DNA from: an uncultured virus (IMG/VR IMGVR_UViG_3300045971_000981)
Lineage: Duplodnaviria; Heunggongvirae; Uroviricota; Caudoviricetes
Virus record (IMG/VR): IMGVR_UViG_3300045971_000981
DNA: 20,000 nucleotides
Direction: 5' to 3' (one strand)
How positions within the stretch are numbered: the first letter of the stretch is position 1; each line of letters begins with the position of its first letter. The translations under genes were made by a program, and so were the position numbers. This document shows positions 14,534-20,000 of this stretch, one piece after another. The notes under the pieces are model-generated. The model did not search any database, had not been told where the DNA came from, and worked only from the letters and a program-made list of their open reading frames with translations.

Positions 14534-14923
14534 CTAATAATCTAGTGGCCAGTAGCTACTGTGATAAGTCACGCCTTTTTCTAGGTAGCGATCGCGCAGC
14601 CCAATCCAGGTATCTCGATAGGGTTCTGGGTTAGGGTTTACGTACTGGTCATCACCTCCTATTACGATCGTGAACTCTTGGTCTGGAGCTTCGTACCTCA
14701 AACTCCAGATAAAACTTAGCGCGATCTCCCAGTTCTCTACAAATATCTGCACCACGCCAACAAGACCTCTCATTTCCTTAGCGCCAAAAAGCCATCCCTT
14801 TCCTAAAAAGTAATGCTGTAGAAGTGGGGAAAAATCTCGAAAATACACAGCAAAATAGCCGTCTTTTAGGTGGGAGCAATCGTGAATCTCGATTTTAGGA
14901 AGATGGCTGTAATCCTTGTTCAT
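14534..14923 (-). CDS. Hypothetical aromatic-rich protein (129 aa) flanked by 41-bp repeats
   Basis: AAGGA SD before ATG. Confidence 0.75.
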   Translation of the reverse strand: MNKDYSHLPKIEIHDCSHLKDGYFAVYFRDFSPLLQHYFLGKGWLFGAKEMRGLVGVVQIFVENWEIALSFIWSLRYEAPDQEFTIVIGGDDQYVNPNPEPYRDTWIGLRDRYLEKGVTYHSSYWPLDY

Positions 14924-14951
14924 GGTTTCCTTCTATAGATTGCGTGAGCAG

Positions 14952-14992
14952 CGATCGCGGGTCTGAGGAGACGGGCGATCGGTTGGGTGATG
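14952..14992. repeat. 41-bp intergenic direct repeat, copy 2
   Basis: See copy 1. Confidence 0.95.
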
Positions 14993-15013
14993 TGGATGGC
15001 GATCGTGCAGGTA

Positions 15014-15391
15014 TCATCGCCCCTGCATAGAGGCTACGCATTTCTCCATGAAAGCGGCAACGAATTCTTCGCCTTCCTCTAGGGAGGGAAAGAAGCGGTA
15101 GGAAATTTGTTTCATCCGTTGCCCGCGTTCTTCATAGAAGTTGGTTGCAGTATCTCCTGCAATTTCCCATTCCGCGCTTTTCCCTAGCCCACAATAGGTT
15201 TCGCCCCAGTGAGGTGGCTTGAGAAATACAATGTCAGCAGATCGGACTTTTAGCACCTTCCTGGGTGCGGGTTCCGATTCTTTGTAGATGATAGTCCCGT
15301 CTGGTTCTCGACGGACGAACACGCCGTAGTGGGTGTACGCCAGGATAGCCCCAGGCTTACATCGGCGTTTGAATTCTGCGAGGTTTTTCAT
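15014..15391 (-). CDS. Hypothetical protein (125 aa)
   Basis: Clean ORF in the co-oriented run. Confidence 0.75.
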   Translation of the reverse strand: MKNLAEFKRRCKPGAILAYTHYGVFVRREPDGTIIYKESEPAPRKVLKVRSADIVFLKPPHWGETYCGLGKSAEWEIAGDTATNFYEERGQRMKQISYRFFPSLEEGEEFVAAFMEKCVASMQGR

Positions 15392-15433
15392 ATTCTTTAC
15401 AGGCTGTGTTGTGGCTATAGATCGGTGGATTGA

Positions 15434-15736
15434 TTAGACTAGTTCTGGCTCTCGGAGTAATTCGTACATTTTCTCCATGTAGCGATCGTAGATCGCCGCA
15501 CAGACCCAGATGTCATAGTACGTGCCCATCCAGCGGATCTGGATGTCAGGCTCGTCTGTGTCAGCCTTGACGCTGAGCTTGATTCCCAAGTCAGTCTCTA
15601 TGTCTGCAACCAGTTGGTTGCAGAACGAGCCGTCTCTGTAGACATCGGCTTCGGTAATCCCTCCGAAGAACCGATGGTATTCGCGGTTCCCATATCGGAG
15701 GTCTACCCAGTTGCCGTTTTCCAATTCATGATTCAT
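15434..15736 (-). CDS. Hypothetical acidic protein (100 aa)
   Basis: Start placed at ATG 15736 (MNHELENG), overlapping the upstream stop. Confidence 0.7.
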   Translation of the reverse strand: MNHELENGNWVDLRYGNREYHRFFGGITEADVYRDGSFCNQLVADIETDLGIKLSVKADTDEPDIQIRWMGTYYDIWVCAAIYDRYMEKMYELLREPELV

Positions 15737-15977
15737 AGGGTTGCCTTGTGGAAGAGCAGTTTCTGTACCATTTCTCAAATTCGTTCAGGGAAGCGAACCG
15801 ACCTTTTACCAGCCATAGCTCGATCTCAAGGCGATCGCTATACCATTTCCGGCGGTAAACTTCCAATTCCAATCCCCTAGTAGAGACAACGATGTCACCT
15901 ACGCTGGGGATGCCCAATGTGCGGAATTCCTCGCCTAAGAACTGTAGGTTTAATTTAGGTGAGTTCATCTTTTTCAT
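15726..15977 (-). CDS. Hypothetical protein (83 aa)
   Basis: Short overlaps with both neighbours. Confidence 0.65.
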   Translation of the reverse strand: MKKMNSPKLNLQFLGEEFRTLGIPSVGDIVVSTRGLELEVYRRKWYSDRLEIELWLVKGRFASLNEFEKWYRNCSSTRQPYES

Positions 15978-16788
15978 CTAGAATGCAAACAAAAATGCAA
16001 GCAAAAGCATCTAGCGATGCAACCTTTCCGATTTCAGCCGAAAGATCCAATCTTTCGGCATAGATCCGAGCATCCAACTGCTCGATTCTTTTCTGGTGTG
16101 CCTGCCTTTTTTGCATGGAATCTAGCCCCCCGTGCATTTCAATCCAGGCTAGTAAGTCCCTGCGGAAACTTGGAAAGCTTCCCTGCGGGAATTTTTCCAA
16201 GAAAAACTTAGCTGCATCCAGTCTGGACATCCCACGAACAGTCCTGCCCGCTTCCTTGCGGACTTGCCTGAATTCGACGACTGCTTGAGGGGATAGCTCT
16301 GCTTTCGCAAAAAGCTCTTTTGATGCAACGGACCTTGGCATTTTTATCCCATTAGGGCACGGAAGTCCGTGCTTCGAGAAATAATTCCACATCAGCATGT
16401 GTGCCTGCCAATAGCCGATAGGGAACGCGTACTCAGAGCCGTCGGGCATTGTACATAGACATATACCGTAGGCTGACTCCGTAGCTATTTGCCCTCTCTC
16501 TGTACGCCCCCTATGTTGTGGGGGATGTCTGGGCATATCCAATGACCATTGATGTATATTGCTGATCTCACATATGTCTTGTGAGACCTCGTTTGGTAGA
16601 ATTATGTTCAATTCTTTACCGAGATATGTCCGAACTTTGAGGCACTGTTCCGCCTCGAATTTCCATTCGCGAGTTGTTTTGTACGCTATGCAAGTTATCT
16701 TGCTAGCTGACAGCGCCTTACGAAGGGCTTCAGTTATGTTAGTTCTGCGTGAGCGCAGAACACTTGCTGCTGCCCATGCCATCGCCAT
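15955..16788 (-). CDS. Hypothetical basic protein (277 aa)
   Basis: GAGG SD before ATG 16788, directly after the 48-bp repeat. Confidence 0.7.
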   Translation of the reverse strand: MAMAWAAASVLRSRRTNITEALRKALSASKITCIAYKTTREWKFEAEQCLKVRTYLGKELNIILPNEVSQDICEISNIHQWSLDMPRHPPQHRGRTERGQIATESAYGICLCTMPDGSEYAFPIGYWQAHMLMWNYFSKHGLPCPNGIKMPRSVASKELFAKAELSPQAVVEFRQVRKEAGRTVRGMSRLDAAKFFLEKFPQGSFPSFRRDLLAWIEMHGGLDSMQKRQAHQKRIEQLDARIYAERLDLSAEIGKVASLDAFACIFVCILDEKDELT

Positions 16789-16798
16789 CTCATCCTCT

Positions 16799-16846
16799 CG
16801 CACTCTATCGGGGCGCGTCCCGTAATGGTTTACCGATCGCTCTTAT
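16799..16846. repeat. 48-bp direct repeat, copy 1 (pairs with 17128-17175)
   Basis: CGCACTCTATCGGGG(C/T)GCGTCCCGTAATGGTTTACCGATCGC(T/C)CTTAT, 46/48 identical. Each copy abuts an SD on the minus strand. Confidence 0.95.
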
Positions 16847-17117
16847 CGCAGCATAAGAGCTTCTTGAATCTTGGGTATCCGATGTACAGATTTACAGCTT
16901 CCTTGCTGAGCAGCAAGGCTCTCAGAAATAACTGATACAGGCGATCGTTACCGCCCTCGCCTCGATGAGCGAGGGATTTGTGGTGACCTCCACCTGCGGG
17001 TAGCTTTTCGCGGTATTCCCGCATCATGGCCCCCCCACCAATGAAATAGAATCCGATATGGTCGCACCCGACCTCGAACGGGGTGCCATCTTCGGCTGTT
17101 AATTTTAGATCTATCAT
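16830..17117 (-). CDS. Hypothetical protein (95 aa) flanked by 48-bp repeats
   Basis: GGAG SD 7 nt before ATG 17117; the stop codon lies inside repeat copy 1. Confidence 0.7.
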   Translation of the reverse strand: MIDLKLTAEDGTPFEVGCDHIGFYFIGGGAMMREYREKLPAGGGHHKSLAHRGEGGNDRLYQLFLRALLLSKEAVNLYIGYPRFKKLLCCDKSDR

Positions 17118-17127
17118 TGTCAATCTC

Positions 17128-17175
17128 CGCACTCTATCGGGGTGCGTCCCGTAATGGTTTACCGATCGCCCTTAT
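17128..17175. repeat. 48-bp direct repeat, copy 2
   Basis: See copy 1. Confidence 0.95.
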
Positions 17176-17195
17176 GCAGCGATCGTGGTCTTCGT

Positions 17196-18101
17196 CTAAT
17201 CTTCGTAGTCAACATCAAGACCTTCATAGTCTTCGTCTTCATCATGGCTATCTTGCACGGTTGGCTCACATCCCCACTCTGCCATCAGATCACGCCACTT
17301 CTGGGTGGCTTCTTCCAGATCCTTTAAGACCAAAGATGCCTGTTCTTGCATTTTGGCACCTTGCAAGACACTCCCAGGACGGGGCTTGCTTGCAAAGAAT
17401 GCATCCCCGTAACCTAGTAGGGCAGAGATCCGGGTTCCCAGACCGTACTCTTGTGCCCATTTGCCGTGGGCGTACTTGAGGGCGCGGCGTATCTGCCGAT
17501 CGCGCAATAGCTGCTCTCCTGTGATCATGCGCTCAAACCCCAAGGGAGCCATATGGGTATTGTGCCACTCTGCCCATTCTGCATAGTCAGGGATCTTGTC
17601 ATCCCCTAGGCAGTAGGAGTTATACCAGCGATCGTATTGATCCTTGGTCATCCCCGCCTTAACACGGGTCAATTCTGTATAGTGTTTGCCACCTTTCCGC
17701 TCTGAAGGAAGGTAGACACCGAAGATTTCTTCGCCCTCTTTCCATGAGTGGAGCATGATCGTGCCGCTGGTCGTCTCGTACCAAAAATAGAGCGTCTGCT
17801 CTTGGTACTCCCACCCAGAGGAACAATAACTGCCAGGGTGTCCGTACTCAGAGTTATCCGCCTGCCCTTGCAGGTAGATCTCTCGTTCCAGCAGGAAAGA
17901 GATGGAACCTTCCAGGCTTTCCCCCAGGCTAGAAGGTTCTGAGTTCCAAATTACATGCTGGACGAGAGCGAACTGCTCTCGCGTGAAAGAGAATCCTTCG
18001 ATTTCATCGATCGTCGGTAACCCGTTTATCACCCATCTGCCAGTCCCATCGGCTAGCCGATCGGTCGCTTGATTAACAGCGGAACTAAATGCAACGCTCA
18101 T
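17196..18101 (-). CDS. Hypothetical protein with a very acidic C-terminal tail (301 aa)
   Basis: GGGAGG SD before ATG 18101, downstream of a consensus promoter; ends DSHDEDEDYEGLDVDYED. Confidence 0.8.
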   Translation of the reverse strand: MSVAFSSAVNQATDRLADGTGRWVINGLPTIDEIEGFSFTREQFALVQHVIWNSEPSSLGESLEGSISFLLEREIYLQGQADNSEYGHPGSYCSSGWEYQEQTLYFWYETTSGTIMLHSWKEGEEIFGVYLPSERKGGKHYTELTRVKAGMTKDQYDRWYNSYCLGDDKIPDYAEWAEWHNTHMAPLGFERMITGEQLLRDRQIRRALKYAHGKWAQEYGLGTRISALLGYGDAFFASKPRPGSVLQGAKMQEQASLVLKDLEEATQKWRDLMAEWGCEPTVQDSHDEDEDYEGLDVDYED

Positions 18102-18148
18102 GATAATGCCCTCCCAGGCTGAAATAGTCGAATAGATAATATAGTCCA

Positions 18149-18177
18149 ATCATACCATCGCAGAATCTACCAGGCAA
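18149..18177 (-). promoter_or_regulatory. Sigma70-type promoter
   Basis: TTGCCT-17 bp-TATGAT with an extended TG one base upstream of the -10. Confidence 0.65.
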
Positions 18178-18205
18178 ATAGACCCGGAAATTCTGCGAGG
18201 TGTCT

Positions 18206-18463
18206 CTAGAGATTGTTCAGCCAATTTTCGACACTGTTTCCCCATGCAGGGGAATTACCATTCTCGTCAAGGTCTGGCAGATCTAGCGGTTGATCCATCA
18301 ACGCAAACAACTCGTCAAGGATCGCCCCTTCCTCGTCCAGCCGTTTTTCTAGGCGGACGATCGCCATATATCGCTGTCTAGAAGCGTACTGTTTCCAGAG
18401 CCGCGATCGGCTCCGTTGCGGGGACTTGACGGATAGCTCGAAATCGTACGGTAGAACAGTCAT
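18206..18463 (-). CDS. Hypothetical protein (85 aa)
   Basis: GAGG SD before ATG. Confidence 0.7.
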   Translation of the reverse strand: MTVLPYDFELSVKSPQRSRSRLWKQYASRQRYMAIVRLEKRLDEEGAILDELFALMDQPLDLPDLDENGNSPAWGNSVENWLNNL

Positions 18464-18498
18464 GGCAATCCTCTAGGTAGTAGGGTCAGGGTGAAAGT

Positions 18499-18530
18499 CA
18501 CAGCAGAAAACCAGGTGGTTTTCTGCTGTG
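18499..18530. repeat. Perfect 14-bp intergenic inverted repeat
   Basis: CACAGCAGAAAACC-AGGT-GGTTTTCTGCTGTG. Confidence 0.9.
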
Positions 18531-18556
18531 TGTGTGGGATCTGTTAGCGATCGCCC

Positions 18557-18823
18557 CTATGCTGCACAGGGTGATGCCTTGAAAATCTCGCTTGCCTTTT
18601 TATCGGCGATCGCCCAGGCATTACCCTGCTTGATAAACAGCGATCGCATACCCTCACGGGTTACGATATGCTTCTCTGCGTATGGCTTGATCTGCCCATA
18701 CCTAACCCCGTGTTCCCAGAGTTCTTCCGCACGTTCTCTACCCATAGGGAATAGTAGCCATTCAAGTTGTGTTTCCCCAAGCTCAATGGTAGTCCAGGCT
18801 AGGCATACATCGGTATTAGGCAT
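18557..18823 (-). CDS. Hypothetical protein (88 aa)
   Basis: GGAGG SD before ATG. Confidence 0.75.
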   Translation of the reverse strand: MPNTDVCLAWTTIELGETQLEWLLFPMGRERAEELWEHGVRYGQIKPYAEKHIVTREGMRSLFIKQGNAWAIADKKASEIFKASPCAA

Positions 18824-18865
18824 AGTAATCCTCCAAAAATTAACTAAGGTTTATAGGGCGAAAAT

Positions 18866-18902
18866 CCCCGCAGAAAAACACCCCGCATTTCTGCGGGGTG
18901 TT
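18866..18902. repeat. Two mutually exclusive 11-bp hairpins
   Basis: CCCCGCAGAAA (18866-76) pairs with TTTCTGCGGGG (18888-98), or AACACCCCGCA (18877-87) pairs with TGCGGGGTGTT (18892-902). Confidence 0.85.
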
Positions 18903-18934
18903 AAAACTTGACCGGGAAAATTGCCATGAAAAAT

Positions 18935-18962
18935 AACCCGCTAGGCGATCGCCTAGCGGGTT
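18935..18962. repeat. Perfect 28-bp palindrome centred on HIP1, terminator-like on the minus strand
   Basis: AACCCGCTAGGCGATCGCCTAGCGGGTT, followed by ATTTTT on the minus strand. Confidence 0.9.
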
Positions 18963-18986
18963 GCTGTGTGGATAGAGTGATCCGGG

Positions 18987-19505
18987 TTAGCCTACACGAA
19001 TATGCTTCATTCTGTTTTTGGGTGTAGGTTTACGCCCGATCGGACGCTTAGCGGGTTTACCTACGGTTTTTATCGTGCCGCGCACGATCGCAGCATCCAG
19101 GTCTAAACCGATCGCGCCTGGGAACGATCGCAAGCTTGTTAGCTCACAGTCTAGGGGCATGGCTACCGGGAACCATTCACCGGATCTATTGCGCTGAAAT
19201 ACTGCGATCGGAACGTCACCCGATCGAGGGTTGTTCCGGTAAACAACACTAGGACTATGAGCATAGATAAATAACTCATGAAGTCTAACCGAGAGGGTTA
19301 CATCGGTATAGGTGTTTTTCTTGCTTGTCTTGTCATTTAGTCTGGTAACCCGCCGATCGTGTTGGCAGTACTCAACACGTAGCCCGCTAGGGGTCACATG
19401 ATGATCGCCCGTGCCATAGCTGTGACGATCGGTCAAGTATCGCTCATTCTTAACGATCGGCTTAATGGGTAGCTTGTCTAATGGGATAGGTTGAGATATT
19501 GCCAT
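18987..19505 (-). CDS. Hypothetical basic protein (172-180 aa)
   Basis: Long ORF between two hairpins; start ATG 19505 or TTG 19529; Lys/Arg/Pro-rich tail. Confidence 0.7.
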   Translation of the reverse strand: MAISQPIPLDKLPIKPIVKNERYLTDRHSYGTGDHHVTPSGLRVEYCQHDRRVTRLNDKTSKKNTYTDVTLSVRLHELFIYAHSPSVVYRNNPRSGDVPIAVFQRNRSGEWFPVAMPLDCELTSLRSFPGAIGLDLDAAIVRGTIKTVGKPAKRPIGRKPTPKNRMKHIRVG

Positions 19506-19528
19506 AGTCGGGTTAGGGTATGTGGACA

Positions 19529-19568
19529 AAGAAAAGCGATCGCGGCATAGGGTACACTGCGATCGCTT
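19529..19568 (-). terminator. Terminator-like hairpin formed by two HIP1 sites
   Basis: AAGCGATCGC...GCGATCGCTT (19568-19559 and 19543-19534) followed by TTCTT, 18 nt after the 19586 stop. Confidence 0.5.
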
Positions 19569-19585
19569 AGTGAGGCTAGGCTGAA

Positions 19586-20000
19586 CTACTTGGTGGTTTT
19601 CATTGCCTTATAAGCCTCAATCCGGGTTTTAACCATAGCGCGGGCGATCGATGGTAATAAAAAACTCTCAGGATTTTGATCATTGAAAGTTTTCACAATA
19701 CGCAAAGTTTCACACTCTGTAAATGCATCATCGGTCACGTTGTGGCTAAACTCGCCATCAATAACGTTATGCTTGTAACCCGCTTTATCAAGCAACTTCA
19801 TTACCTTGTCAGCGATAGACGAATCAAGACGATTGACGATCGGGGCAAACTGCGATCGCAGAGAATTGTAATAGTCTAGCCATTCCTCAGCAGCAGTTGG
19901 GGCATCCTCAGCAGTTGGGGCATCCTCAGCAGTTGGGGCATCCTCAGCAGTTGGGGCATCCTCAGCAGTTGGGGCATCCTCAGCAGTTGGGGCATCCTCA
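19586..20000 (-). CDS. Partial hypothetical protein with (EDAPTA)n repeats
   Basis: The track ORF 19586-19801 stays open to the right edge: (EDAPTA)6-AEEWLDYYNSLRSQFAPIVNRLDSSIADKVMKLL... Confidence 0.8.
   Translation of the reverse strand, partial: EDAPTAEDAPTAEDAPTAEDAPTAEDAPTAEDAPTAAEEWLDYYNSLRSQFAPIVNRLDSSIADKVMKLLDKAGYKHNVIDGEFSHNVTDDAFTECETLRIVKTFNDQNPESFLLPSIARAMVKTRIEAYKAMKTTK
19891..20000. repeat. 18-bp perfect coding tandem repeat, at least 6 copies
   Basis: CAGCAGTTGGGGCATCCT six times plus CA, truncated by the window edge. Confidence 0.97.

Larger units (their letters stand above)
1..20000 (-). mobile_element. Accessory (leading/early-like) region of a cyanobacterial plasmid or temperate/large phage
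   Basis: About 36 mostly short, co-oriented hypothetical genes, no housekeeping operons, MGE-typical families (DarB-like MTase, DUF1257/DUF2997/AAA, beta-clamp-like), and about 20 HIP1 octamers counted by eye. No hallmark gene separates plasmid from phage. Confidence 0.75.

Noticed and set aside
14475..17175. 41-bp and 48-bp repeat pairs as CRISPR mini-arrays
   Set aside because: Copies are separated by whole genes (about 280-440 bp) and lack a GAAAC/GAAAG-type end.
19891..20000. 18-bp repeats as a CRISPR array or iterons
   Set aside because: Head-to-tail units with no spacers, a length divisible by three, and in frame within an ORF.

Overview
A 20-kb gene-dense stretch of a cyanobacterial mobile element (large plasmid or temperate/jumbo phage). 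About 20 perfect HIP1 octamers (GCGATCGC) point to a cyanobacterial host. Nearly all of the ~37 genes are short, on the minus strand and tightly packed; only one is on the plus strand. No integrase, transposase, replicase, capsid, rRNA, tRNA or CRISPR array is visible. Recognisable parts are: a DUF6744-like / DUF1257 (Ycf35-like) / DUF2997 / Ycf46-like AAA+ ATPase operon with a stand-alone LRR gene inserted; a stand-alone DarB-like N6-adenine methyltransferase domain; a half-size beta-clamp-like protein; and a tandem paralog pair. The main finding is an ORF missing from the supplied track because it runs off the left edge (784 to <1, minus). Its C-terminal half closely resembles the C-terminus of Cas10d, i.e. 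the Cas11d small subunit of cyanobacterial type I-D CRISPR-Cas, fused to an unrelated N-terminal domain with no cas genes upstream. Its structured leader contains a degenerate I-D-repeat-like hairpin. It is a candidate Cas-mimic anti-CRISPR or the first gene of a miniature I-D-derived system. Other notable structure includes three genes each bracketed by a duplicated pre-RBS segment, a gene frameshifted by a 23-bp tandem duplication, and many intergenic hairpins, several built from HIP1 sites. All family assignments come from motif recognition by eye, not database searches.
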